Source: Malacoraja senta | Lineage: Eukaryota | Length of the DNA: 64,000 nt | Direction: 5' to 3' | Assembly: GCA_038087875.1 (NCBI GenBank) | Contig: CM075995.1 | Span: forward strand, 310,001 to 374,000 | Part shown: positions 23,956-36,448 of the stretch, piece by piece | Layout: each line of letters begins with the position of its first letter | How positions within the stretch are numbered: position 1 is the first letter of the stretch | The notes under the pieces: generated by a model | The model's database searches: none | Told to the model about the DNA's origin: nothing | Seen by the model: the letters and a program-made list of their open reading frames with translations, nothing else | Program-made: the position numbers and the translations under genes

Positions 23956-26324
23956 TTAACTTGGAGAGTTTTCAAGAGAGAGTTAGATTTAGCTCTTAGG
24001 TCTAGGGGAATCAAGGGATATGGGGAGAAAGCCAGAACGGGGTACTGATTTTGGATGATCAGCCGTGATCATATTGAATGGCGGTGCTGGCTCGAAGGGC
24101 CGAATGGCCTACTCCTGCACCTATTGTCTATGTTTCTATCAAAGCAAGTTATCACAAAGTATTGGTGCAACGCTTTGCTCATCCACATCTAAAAGAAAGG
24201 TAAAATACAATACACATTGAACACAATATCTGAAACAAAGCATCATGGTTTGAAGGAGCAGATTCATCAGCATCTTTAGAGGGAATACAGACCAATTGTA
24301 CGAACATGGATAGAGCGGACGTGGAGAGGATGATTCCATTAGTGGGAGAGTCTAGGACTAGAGGTCAAAGAGTGGGAGAGTCGAGGACTAGAGGTCCTAG
24401 CCTCAGAATTAAAGGTTGTTCCTTTCAGAAGGAGATGAGGAGGAATTTATTTTGTCAGAGGGTGGTGAATCTGTGCAATTCATTGCCACAGAAGGCTGTG
24501 GAGGCCAAGTCAGTGGGTATCTTTTAAGGCATAGATAGATAGATTCTTGATTAGTACGGGTGTCCGGGGTTATGAGGAGAAGGCAGGAGAATGGGATTAG
24601 GAGGGAGAGACATATCAGCCATGATTAAATGGCGGAGTAGACCTGTTGGGCCGAATGGCCTAATTCTGCTCCTATCACTTATGAACTTATGAAACAAACT
24701 TGAATTATAAATTAGAGCCAAAACATGGAGTGAAAATCACAACGGACTGGAGGAGGGAACACTGAGTGGAAGGGTGGCAGTATCACAGGGGCTAGAGCCA
24801 CTGCTCACAGCTCCAGAGACTAAGGTTCAACCCTGACCTCAGCCGCTGAGTCTGTCAACTTGGTACCATCTCCCCGTGGCCATATGGGTTTCCTCCAGGT
24901 CCTTCAGTGTCCTCCTTCATCCCAAAGACCCAGAGTTTGGTGGATTCATTGCCCACTGTAAATTGCTACGAGTGTGTAGATGAACATTGCCGGTATAATA
25001 TAATAATAATAATAATAGATTTTATTTATGGGCGCCTTTCACAAAGTCTCAAGGACACCTTACAAAGTTTAACAAATAGTATAGAAACATGTAAACGGAA
25101 TGAAATAAATAGCAAAGACATCACCAGTACACAAATTAAAGATAGAATTAAATCCAAAAACAAAAATCAAAAACACAATATGGAAGGGCGAGTTGGGACG
25201 AAGGGCCTGTTTCCACACTGTATTACTCTATGAATGGGTGGGGGTGGGGGGAGTTGACTCGATAGGGAGGTAGAGGGAATAAAGTGGGATTTGTATCTGT
25301 GGGGTCACAGTTTAAGGATAAGGGGGAAGTCTTTTAGGACCGAGATGAGAAAAAAATAATTCACACAGAGAGTGGTGAATCTGTGGAATTCTCTGCCACA
25401 GAAAGTAGTTGAGGCCAGTTCATTGGCTATATTTAAGAGGGAGTTAAATGTGGCCCTTGTGGCTAAAGGGATCAGGGGGTATGGAGAGAAGGGAGGTGCA
25501 GGATACTGAGTTGGATGATCAGCCATGATCATATTGAATGGCAGTGCAGGCTCGAAGGGCCGAATGGCCTACTCCTGCACCTATTTTCTATGTTTCTATG
25601 TATAAGATTAGTGTGAATGGTTGGCATGGATGGATTCAGTAAACCTGTTGTTTCAGTGCTGCAAGACACCATAGAATAGAATAGAATAGAATAGAATGCC
25701 TTTTATTGTCATTCAAACAGCTTGGTTTGAACGAAATTGCATTTTCTACAGTTTACAAAAATAAACAAGACCCACACTTAACACACTTGTCCGAGCATAG
25801 AGTCGCAGAGCATGAAAGCAGGCCCTTCAGCCCCACCTGCCCATGCCAACAACATGCGCATCTACACTAGATATGCCCCAACACTGCAAGGTGTAATTTC
25901 CAGATTACTGAAGGGGTGTCTCTTGAAGTAACCAATGCAGATTTAAAGCATATTTTCCCCATAGAAAATGAATCAAAAAGTACCACCATAATATCTCTAT
26001 GAATAAAACAACATGTGAGCTCCACGTTGCACCCATTCAAGTTACAGAATTCCCCCTTACAAAATTCACCAATGACTACCCAAAACATTGGGATACGGAA
26101 TAAAATTTGCTCCTACTGAATTTATGTGGTAAAAGTAAATAAAGAAACGCAATACATAATTTTTTCAACTTGTGTTTCTTGACACATGTTGGCCAATGGT
26201 CCATATTTGCTACCCTCTTAACATGAGGATTACCTGTGCTGAATTGTCTGGGGTTTTCTACCTTGTGGAAGGAACTTAGAAGTAAAATAAACAAAGTTTC
26301 CTCCATATCACCATATCTCCATAC

Positions 26325-26852
26325 CAATTTGAGGAAGGACATTCTTGCTATTGAGGGAGTGCAGCGTAGGTTTACAAGGTTAATTCCCCGGATGGCGGGA
26401 CTGTCATATGCTGAGAGAATGGAGCAGCTGGGCTTGTACACTCTGGAGTTTAGAAGGATGAGAGGGTATCTCATTGAAACATATAAGATTGTTAAGGGCT
26501 TGGACACACGAGAGGCAGGAAACATGTTCTCGATGTTGGGGGAGTCCAGAACCAGGGGCCACAGTTTAAGAATAAGGAGTAAGCCATTTAGAACGGAGAC
26601 GAGGAAACACTTTTTCTCACAGAGAGTGGTGAGTCTGTGGAATTCTCTGCCTCAGAGGGTGGTGGAGGCGGGTTCTCTGGATGCTTTCAAGAGAGAGCTA
26701 GATAGAGCTCTTAAAAATAGCGGAGTCAGGGGATATGGGGAGAAGGCAGGAACAGGGTACTGATTGGGGATGCTCAGCCATGATCACATTGAATGGCGGT
26801 GCTGGCTCGAAGGGCCAAATGGCATACTCCTGCACCTATTGTCTATTGTCTA
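26325..26852 (+). mobile_element. CR1-clade LINE 3' fragment
   Basis: ORF 26236-26763 C-terminal part. Confidence 0.92.
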
Positions 26853-27795
26853 TTATCACGAATAATGGATTTGTTTTCACAAACTTGGATTGTTTTCTTT
26901 GTAGTGTCATTGGTTGAGGGGTTTAGAGGAGATGTGCGGGGCAAGTTTTGTTTTACACAGAGAGTGGTTGGTGTCAAGGGAGGTGCTGGAGGCAGAAACT
27001 GGGATGTCAGATTCCCTTCTCCGATTACACAGGTGAACTAGTTTGCATTTTCCACAGGCCAAAACAGGTCACCTTGGTCGGACCAGCAGCAAAATGAGCA
27101 GCGGGGCAAAATCTGACCCGTATTGATCAGGTATTGATCGTTGACCTTCAAAAGTGATGCATTTAACAAACCAATAGCCCATGATAATTGACAAAGGAAA
27201 ACAAGTCAATGTGTCCAAAATCATGAGAGGAATAGAGCAGGTGGATGCACAGAGTCTCTTGCCCACAATGGGGGAATCGAGGACCAGAGGACAGAGGTTA
27301 AAGGTGAAGGGGAAAAGATTTAATGGGAATCTGAGGGGTAACTTTTTCACACAAAGGGTGGTGGGTGTATGGAACGAGCTGCCAGGGGAGGTAATTGAGG
27401 CAGGGACTATTACATCGCTTATGAAACATTTAGACAGGTACATGGATAGGACAGGTTTAGAGGGATTTGGGCCCAACCCAGGCAGGTGGGACTAGTGTAG
27501 CTGGGACATGTGGGCCGGTGTGGGCAAGTTGGGCCGAAGGGCCTGCTTCCACATTGTAAGACTCTATGACTATCAGTCTGAAGAAGAGTCCCGACCCAAA
27601 GAGTCTGAAGAAGGGTTCCGACCCCAAACGTCACATGTCCATGTTCTCCAGAGATGCCGCCTGAGTTACACCAGAATTGGGTGTCCTTTTTTTTGTAAAC
27701 ATGCATCTGCGGGTCCTTGTTTCTACATGGAAAACAAATGTTGGCCGCCTTAAAATAATGATCAGTTTGGAAGCAACGTTGCGGAATCTGCCCAC

Positions 27796-27958
27796 CTTCC
27801 TGTTTGCGCTGAGATTTTCTGCTGGGATTTGCAATGTGACTTGGTAATCGGTCTGTTTATTCATCTCTTCTGCCAGGAAGTTGGCTTCTCTCACCAGAGC
27901 ATTGGCTCTGACGATTTGCTCTCTCAACTTCGCCAGGCTGTGACGGAAGAGTTGATCC
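27796..27958 (-). CDS. KIF13A: KIF13A exon (DQLFRHSLAKLREQIVRANALVREAN...LSANRK), 163 nt
   Basis: Inside ORF 27631-27999; ttgcag| and |gtgggc boundaries; phase 2/0. Confidence 0.96.
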
Positions 27959-28689
27959 CTGCAACAGGAAAGCAAAGACTGGAAAAGATGAATCAACATT
28001 TCCCCCCTTTCCCACCAAGTTCAGGAGTTTCATTTGTCACCGAAAATGCTCTGGAGCTTAGTTTGGTTCGGAGTTTAGGGATGCAGCGCGGAAGCCAGCC
28101 CTTTGGCCCATCACGTCTGCGCCGACCAGCGATCCCCGTACACTAGCACTATCCTACACACTAGGGACAATTTACAATCTTTAGCAAAGCCAATTAACCT
28201 ACAAACCTGTACTTCTGGTTTAGTTTAGTTTTTAATTTGGAAACTTTGTGTGGAAAGAGGCCCTTCGGCCCACTAAATCTGCGCCGGTCAGCGATCACCT
28301 GAACACAAGTTCTATCCTGGTGGACGATTTACAGAAACCAATTAACCTACAAACCTGCAGTTCTTTGGGAGTGTGGGAGGAAACCGGAGCACCCAGGGAA
28401 AACCCACGCAGGTCACGGGGAGAATGCACAAACTGCGTACAGACAGCATTCGTGGTCAGGATTGAACCCGGGTCTCTGGCGCTGCGAGGCAGCAACTCTA
28501 CCGCTGCGCCACCGTGCTGCCCCAAGTTGACCCAGTTGAGTATAGGAAGCAGTGGGGTTAGGGAGCAGTGGATATTGAAGTAGTCCGCTGTGCATAGTTC
28601 AGCAAGATGCATGGCCAGCATCGGTTTGCACTCATACAAATATATCGATAGGAAGAGTGTGGAGGGCAATGAGCTAAACGCAGGATTAC

Positions 28690-29080
28690 CAAACTTCGCT
28701 TGGGCAGCTTACACCCCAGCGGTATGAATATTGACCAAGTAACCCTTGCTTTCCCTCTCTGTCTATTCCTCCTCCTTCCTAGTTCTCTGACCAATTTGAT
28801 TACATTTTATCTCTGTATACTTCGTTGTCACCTTCGCCTAGCTAACAATGATCTATTCTACATTTTCCTTGAACTTAATCAATTTTGATGTCTCGTTTTC
28901 ACACCTTACCCTTCCTTATCCTGTGTCTCCCTCTCCCCAGACTTTCAGTTTGAAAAATGGTCTCGACCCGAAACGTCACCCATTCCTTCCAATCCAGAGA
29001 TGCTGCCTGTCCCGCTGAGTTTCTCCAGCATTTTGTGTCTATCTTCGGTGTAAACCAGCATCTGCAATTCCTTCCCACAC
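28690..29080 (+). mobile_element. Penelope-like 3' fragment
   Basis: LGSLHPSGMNID, then 3' region and gacccgaaacgtcacc motif. Confidence 0.8.
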
Positions 29081-29208
29081 ATTACCCAAAGATGCCAACT
29101 TGGTCAGCATGGGTCGAAGGGCCTGTTTCTGCACTGTTTCTCTAAATTAAACTAAACTAAAAAAGACAAGGTGGGCTGAAGGGTCTGTTTTCGTGCTCCC
29201 TGACATAC

Positions 29209-29419
29209 CTCTCCTCAGACCAAAGCCTGACTTTCTGCTGTGCGGTTTGGGGGGTGTACGATAATCTATCGATGCTTTGACGGTGCAGTCTGTCCGGAGA
29301 CAGCTGCTGACGAAGGAGATCCAGCTCTCGCTCGTACATCAGTCGCTGTTCTTCAAGTGCGTTTTGTTTCTCCTCCAAGTGTTGCTTCTCGAGAACTTGC
29401 ACCACGTTCTGCACAGGAT
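29209..29419 (-). CDS. KIF13A: KIF13A exon (PVQNVVQVLEKQHLEEK...QQKVRLWSEE-R), 211 nt
   Basis: Overlaps ORF 29157-29414; ttgcag| and |gtatgt boundaries; phase 1/2. Confidence 0.96.
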
Positions 29420-30091
29420 CTGCAAAGATTTAAAAAAAAAAAAATCACACAAGATGTTTGAGGTACAAGGACTCCAAAGACGTACAGGTATGTAGGTAAA
29501 TTGGCTTGGTAAATGTAACAATTGTCCCTAGTGTGTGTGTGTGTGTGTGTGTGTAGGACGGTGTTAATGTGCGGGGATCGCTGGTTGGCGCAGATCCAGT
29601 GGGCCGAAGGGCCTGTTTCAGCGCTGTGCCTCCAAACTAAACTAAACATGCATTTCACTTCGCAGATACAACAGGAAGGATGTGGCGGCTTCAGAGAGGG
29701 TGCAGAAGAGTTTAACCAGAATGCTGACTGGTTAGCACGCAACAAAAGCCTTTCACTGTACCTGTACCTCGGTATACGTGGCAATAAACTAATCTAAACT
29801 AAACGTTGAAACAAAGGAACTGCAGATGCTGGCTTCTTCCACGTCCCAGGGAGGTGTGCGTTGGTAGATTAATTGATCACTGTAAATTGGTAAAAAGAAC
29901 AGGGTATGGAAGTGGTAGACTTGTAAGGAATGTGGTAATTTTCAAACTTTTTTATCACTTTGTCGGCACCAGAAACATCATAATCATACTTTATTAGCCA
30001 AGTATGTTTTGCAACATACGATGAAATTGATTTGCCATACAGTCACACCAATAAAAGGAAACAAGACACACAAAATACATTTTAACCAGAG

Positions 30092-30742
30092 AAACATAGA
30101 AACATAGAAAATAGGTGCAGGAGGAGGCCATTCAGCCCTTCGAGCCAGCACCGCCATTCATTTTGATCATGGCTGATCGTCCCCTATCAATAGCCCGTGC
30201 CTGCCTTCTCCCCATATCCCTTGACTCCACTAGCCCCTAGAGCTCTATCTAACTCTCTCTTAAATCCATCCAGTGATTTGGCCTCCACTGCCCTCTGTGG
30301 CAGGGAATTCCATAAATTCACAACTCTCTGGGTGAAAAAGTTTTTTCTCACCTCAGTCTTAAATGACCTCCCCTTTAGTCTAAGACTGTGGCCCCTGGTT
30401 CTCGACTCGCCCAACATTGGGAACATTTTTCCTGCATCTAGCTTGTCCAGTCCTTTTATAATTTTACATGTTTCTATAAGATTCCCCCTCATCCTTCTAA
30501 ACTCCAGTGACTACAAGCCTAGTCTTTTCAATCTTTCCTCATATGACAGTCCCGCCATCCCAGGGATCAATCTCGTGAACCTACGCTGCACTGCCTCAAT
30601 CACAAGGATGTCCTTCCTCAAATTAGGAGACCAAAACTGTACACAATACTCCAGATGTGGTCTCACCAGAGCCCTATACAACTGCAGAAGAACCTCTCTA
30701 CTCCTATACTGAAATCCTCTTGTTATGAAGGCCAACATTCCA
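30092..30742 (-). mobile_element. CR1-clade LINE 3' fragment
   Basis: ORFs 30187-30492 and 30511-30738; (ttctatgt)n tail. Confidence 0.92.
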
Positions 30743-32506
30743 TTGACACTTTAACACATTTAAAACACACTAAAAATAACAAAAAAGACGAAAAGACAGA
30801 CAGACTGTTGGCGAGGCTGCCATCGTGCGGCGCCCCCTGGTGGTATTTTCCCTAAAACATGGCGACTCTTGTGTACTGCCTCTGTGTGATTTTACTGGGT
30901 TGTCTGCTAAAAACCAAGCATCTCACTGTACCTAGGTACATGTGATAATAAGGTATCAATGAATTGGTGAACACAAAAGAAAAGTCACAAAGTGCTGGAG
31001 TAACTCAACGGGTCAGGCAGCATCTCTGGACATTGGTGGCGTTTCGGGTCGGGACCCTTCTTCATAGTCAAAGGTGGAGAACTTCTTCAAAGTTGTCACA
31101 CACCCGCTGGAGATTTCACCGTGGAGCTGTCAAAACGTGGAAACAAGCAACTGCAGATGATAATAAATAGACACAAAGTGCTAGCAAGCGCTCAGCTGGT
31201 CAGGCAGCATGTCTGGAGAGCATGGACAGGTGATGTTATGGGTCAGGACCCTTCTTCAGTCTCTGGAGAACATGGACCCACTGAGTTACTCCAGCATCTA
31301 TATTTTCCTGACCCGTTGAGTTACTCCAGCAATCTGCATCTTTTTGTTTTTAACGAGAATGATGCCTGAAGCATGAAGGGCATGAAGAGAGATGAAACAG
31401 ATTTGGAACGCCATAGGTTGAGGGGAGACCTGATAGATAGAATATCTATCAGTATATAAAATGATGAGAGGCGTAGATGAGGTTGACAGAACCATTTTCT
31501 CAGGGTGGAAATCTCAAAGACAAGAGGGCATAACGTTATGGTGGGCGGGACAAAGTTTAAAGGAAACGTGCGGGGCAAGTTTTTTTTTAACACAGACAGT
31601 GGTGGGTGGGTGACTGGAATGTGCTGCTAGGGATGGTTGTGGAGGCAGATACATTAATGGCATTAAAGAGGCTTTTGAGTGGGCTCATGGATCTGCAGGA
31701 AATAGAGGGATATGGAAGATTGCAGGCATATTAGTTCATCTCAATATCGGGGTCAGCACAGACATCTGAACTGAAGGGCCTGTCCCAGCGCTGGAATGGT
31801 CTATATTCTACATTCTGAGGGAATTTCGACATAACATGTTTTTAAAGATACAGGGTCGCGACCTGTTGGTCAGTTTGCACTGTCACAATAAATCTTCAGG
31901 AAATTCAACAACGAGATGTTGTTAAGCTGGAAAGAGTGCGGAGGAGATATATACGAGGATGTTTAGAGTTTAATGATACAGCGCGGAAACAGGCCCTTCG
32001 GCCCACTGGGTCCATGCCGATTAGCGATCCCCGCACCTTAACGCTATCCCACACCCACTAGGGACAATTCTTACATTTTTACAAGCCAATTAACCTACAT
32101 ACCTGTCCGCCTTTGGAGTGTGGGAGGAAACCGAAGATCTCGGGGGGAAAACACACGCAGGTGACGGGGATTACGTACAAACTCCGTACAGACAGCACCC
32201 GTAGTCAGGATTGAACCCGGGTCTCCGGCGCTGCATTCGCTGTAAGGCAGCAACTCTACCGCTGCGCCACCGCGAACGCCCTTGCCAGAACTTGAGGGCC
32301 TGAGCTACAAGGAGGGCAATTTAGGACTTTATTTCTTGGACCGCAGGAGGATGGAGATGTGCAAGATCACGAGGGAGATAGACAGGAGTCGGAGAATCAA
32401 GAATCAGAGGATATAGATTTAAGGTGAGAGGAAAAATAATTTATAGGAACCTGAGGGGCAACATTTTCACACAGAGGAATGCAGTTATACAGAATGAACT
32501 GCCAGA

Positions 32507-34143
32507 AAATTGGATGCTAATATTACAAACTTTATATGGGACTATAAATCCCACAGAATCCAAAGAAAACATCTGTGCAAACCTAAAGAATCTGGCGGAT
32601 TATCACTCCCTAATTTTTTATATTATTACTGGGCCACAAATGTCAAAAATATGATTCACCTGTTGGACAATTCGGCCCAGCAGGTGGATTGGATAGTAAT
32701 GGAGAGAGAGGACTGTTCCCCTTTTAACATAGGAGCGATCCTTCTCTCACCAACAAAAATGAAGAATACAATATACAGTAAAAATTCAATTATTTATAGT
32801 ACAATTAGAATTTGGAAACAAATAAAATTAACTTTAAAATTAAGAAATCTATCACTTCTCTCACCTATAATGAATAACCCTTCGTTTAAACCTTCTATGA
32901 TAGATAAATCTTTTATAAATTGGGATAGAGTAGGAATTAAAACGTTTGGAGATATGTATGATAATGGAAGTTTTTTAACATTTCACCAACTACAACTTAA
33001 ATACAACTTGAGTAGTAATCAATATTTTAAATACTTTCAAATACGTGACTATTTGAAAAAATATACACGAGAATATCAAAATATGTCTCCTGACCTATTA
33101 GATGAGATAATGAATATAAAAGCGCAATCAGCTAATTTAATATCATACCTGTATAATTCCATTTTAAACATAGAAATTCCATCATCTGATGGGATTAGAA
33201 GTGAATGGGAACAGGAACTAGCTATAAAAATCTCGAAAGAGAGTTGGGATAAACACCTGTTGTATGTGCATAAATGCTCGATTAACGTAAGACATACTCT
33301 AATTCAATTTAAAATTTTACATAGATTATACTATTCGAAAGTTAAATTAAGTAAATTTTACCCAAATACCTCTTCTATCTGTGATAAATGTCTAACCCAT
33401 GAAGCAACTATAGCACATTCTTTTGTTTTTTGTATAAAAATCCAAAAATTTTGGAATGACATTTTTGAAATTTTCACTGAATTATTTAAAATAAAACTGA
33501 AACCGGATGCAGAATTGATTATTTTTGGAACAATCGAAGCAAGTTTGGAGCTGACTGCGTTTCAAAGGAGTTTCCTTAGTTATGGCTTAATAACGGCAAA
33601 AAAACTTATACTGAAATTTTGGAAAAATGCTCCCACGCCAACGACAAAAATGTGGACTTCTAATATGTCGGAATTGTTACACCTAGAAGATATGAGATTC
33701 CTCCTAGCAGGTAAACCAGACCAATTCCAAAAGATTTGGTCTCCATTTATCAACTTATTACAAACATAGGGTGCAACAAAATGTTGATAATAAATGGTTT
33801 CAGGACCTGGCGAGGGGTGAATAAAGATATGAAGTAGGTACATCCCTCTCATATTGTCCTACCTTATCTTATGCTTTCTTTTTTCTTTTTCCTCCTTTTG
33901 TTTTTTCTCTTTTTCTTTCTTTTTTTTCTCTCTAACTATTTCTTGTGGTTTAGGTCCATATGGGTGTTCCTGGACCACTCTTTCCATCACTCACTTACTA
34001 TCTTTACTAACTCTTTCTATCCTTTTTTCTTATTAAAGTTTAAAATAAGAAGTGGTACATGAAAAGTATAAACTTACGTTATTGCAGATTATTGTAATGT
34101 ACAATACTTCTAATAAAATAAAAAATACAAAAAAAGAAAAAAA
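32507..34143 (+). mobile_element. 5'-truncated L1-clade LINE: ORF2 C-terminal ~419 aa, 3' UTR and poly(A), inserted in a CR1 copy
   Basis: GGLSLPNFLYYYWA motif and C-terminal CCHC (CDKC..AHSFVFC); AATAAA plus A-tail; 16-bp TSD agaatgaactgccaga at 32491-32506 and 34144-34159. Confidence 0.92.
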
Positions 34144-34559
34144 AGAATGAACTGCCAGAGGATGTAGTTGAGGTATGTACAATAACAACATTTAAAAGAC
34201 ATTGAGAGGTACATCGATAGGACAGGTTTGGAGGGATATGGGCCAAACGTGGGCAGGGGGACTTGTGTAGGTGGGGCATCTTGGTCGGCATGGGCAAGTT
34301 GGGCCGAAGGGCCTGCTTCCGTGCTGTATTCTCTGCCATAAAAGGCAGTGGAGGCCAATTCACTGGATGGTTTCAAGAGAGAGTAGGATAATAGCTCTTG
34401 GGGCTAACGGAATCAAGGGATATGGGAAGGAAGCAGGAACGGGGTACTGATTTGGGATGATCAGCCACGATTATGTTGAATGGCGGTGCTGGCTTGAAGG
34501 GCCGAATGGCCTACTCCTGCACCTATTTTCTATGTGATTCTAATTCGAGGAAATGGCAT

Positions 34560-34778
34560 ATTAACTAAAAATATATACATTTTTGATTTATTCTATAAAT
34601 TAAAATAAATAAAATGTATTTAAAACTTTTTAAATTTAAAAAAAATGTTATTACAATTTATAAAATAAAACTTTTATTTTAAAATACAGAATAAAATAAA
34701 ATAAATTTGATTTAAAAAAATGTTAAATTAAAAAAAATGTATTTAATAAAAAAATAAAAAACTTTAAATTTAAAATAC
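34560..34778. repeat. AT-rich low-complexity tract
   Basis: Almost exclusively A/T runs. Confidence 0.85.
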
Positions 34779-35056
34779 AGAGTACCAGACATCGTACTCT
34801 GGTTTATCGAGTCAAGAGTTTGTCAGTTCAAGTCCCATTCCAGAGTTCAGCAGAATGGTGAGCCCTGACGTTCCGAGAGAAGGGAATTCTGTGCTGGAGT
34901 CATCATCCTTCTCAAGTGACATTAAATCAAGGCACTGTACAAGTCACACCCAAACAGTTCACTGACCCCATGTGCTTTTCCTTGGTCCGCCTTAACTAAA
35001 ATCGCCGTCCATGTTCCAAATATAAAAAGCACACAGAAGAGTATAAGCACTCACAC

Positions 35057-35448
35057 CGGGGGTGCCAACGTTCTCACTCCAAAATAAGGGACAAAGGGTC
35101 AAAATAAGGGACAAAAGGTCAAAATAAGGGACAAATTCCCGACGGCAATTCGTTGACCGACTCGGCCGTAGCTGGGTGAATTATGAGTTGGCCCGGGTGC
35201 TGGACTACACACAAAGCCCAGCCGGCGGGCCAGCTGAGGAGTTTTGGCCCGCGTGACGTCGCGCGCAAATTCCGCCACCCCACCCAACTCTTGAACCGAT
35301 GATCGGCCATGAGAAGGAGGGGTGGTGGTGGTGTCGGCGGTAAGCGAAGGTCTGAAGGTCGGACAGCTGGCCGGGTTGCCGACCGACGGGGCCACGGGCG
35401 AGGCGCTGCTGCTGCTGCTGCACTCCATGGGCTGCACTACGTCGGGGC
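35057..35448 (+). mobile_element. GC-rich DNA-transposon end, hAT-like
   Basis: ggggtgccaac terminus followed by three subterminal caaaataagggacaaa repeats. Confidence 0.5.
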
Positions 35449-36272
35449 CATGCAGATCACAGGGAGAACGTTGAAACACCGTACAGACAGCACCCGTAGT
35501 CAGGATTGAACCAGGGTTTTGGGGCCTGTAAGGCAGCAACTGTACTGCTGCACAATCATGCCGCCCCTGGTCATAGAGTCTTACAACATGGAACCAGGGG
35601 TCACAGTTTAAGAATAAGGAGAAGGCTATTTAGGACTGATATGAGGAAAAACTTTTTCACCCAGAGAGTTGTGAATCTGTGGAATTCTCAGCCACATAAG
35701 GCAGTGGAGGCCAATTCACTGGATGTTTTCAAGAGAGAGTTAGATTTAGCTCTTAGGGATAAAGGAATCAATAGACAATAGACAATAGGTGCAGGAGTAG
35801 GCCATTTGGTCCTTCGAGCCAGCACCGGCATTCAATGTGATCATGGCTGATCATCCCCAATCAGTACCCCGTTCCTGCCTTCTCCCCATGTCCCCTGATT
35901 CCGCTATTTTTAAGAGCACTAACTAGCTCTCTCTTGAAAGCATCCAGAGAACCTGCCTCCACCGCCCTCTGAGGCAGTGAACCAACGGATATGGGGATAA
36001 AGCAGGAACGGGGTACTGATTTTAGATGATCACCCATGATCATATTGAATGGCGGTGCTGGCTCGAAAGGCCGAATAGTCTACTCCTGCACTTATTTTTC
36101 TATGTTTCTAACCAGGCCTCTCAGCCCAACTTGCCGATCACCAGCCAACATGTCCCATCCTCGCTAGTCCCTACGTTTGGCCCATATCCCTCTAAACCTC
36201 TCCTATCCGTGTACTAGTAGTTTAATAATTCTGATGTTAAAAACGAATTGAGTCCCAAGGTCTGCCACTCAC

Positions 36273-36448
36273 CGTTACTGCTGAGAGCTTTCATCATGAC
36301 TTCCATCTGTGCAAACTCGTAGTTATAGTCCGTTTCCGATGAAGCTTCGCTTGCTGTCTCCACATCCTGATCTACAACACCGTCTCGATTAGTCTCAATC
36401 TCGTATTCTTTTAACTTGTCTCTCCTCTTCCTCATCGGTAGGTTAATC
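36273..36448 (-). CDS. KIF13A: KIF13A exon (INLPMRKRRDKLKEYE...YNYEFAQMEVMMKALSSN), 176 nt
   Basis: Overlaps ORF 36214-36435; atag| and |gtgagt boundaries; phase 2/1. Confidence 0.95.

Noticed and set aside
30197..30712. Antisense ORFs over CR1 copies (also 17002-17394, 21731-22117, 26076-26525)
   Set aside because: They are shadow frames of CR1 ORF2 that recur in every copy.
32510..33769. 419-aa ORF as a host or domesticated gene
   Set aside because: It has no ATG start, is a 5'-truncated L1 ORF2, and has an A-tail and TSD.
35099..35539. GC-rich ORFs or CpG-island promoter
   Set aside because: It begins with a transposon-like terminus and subterminal repeats and fuses to a SINE; there is no coherent protein similarity.
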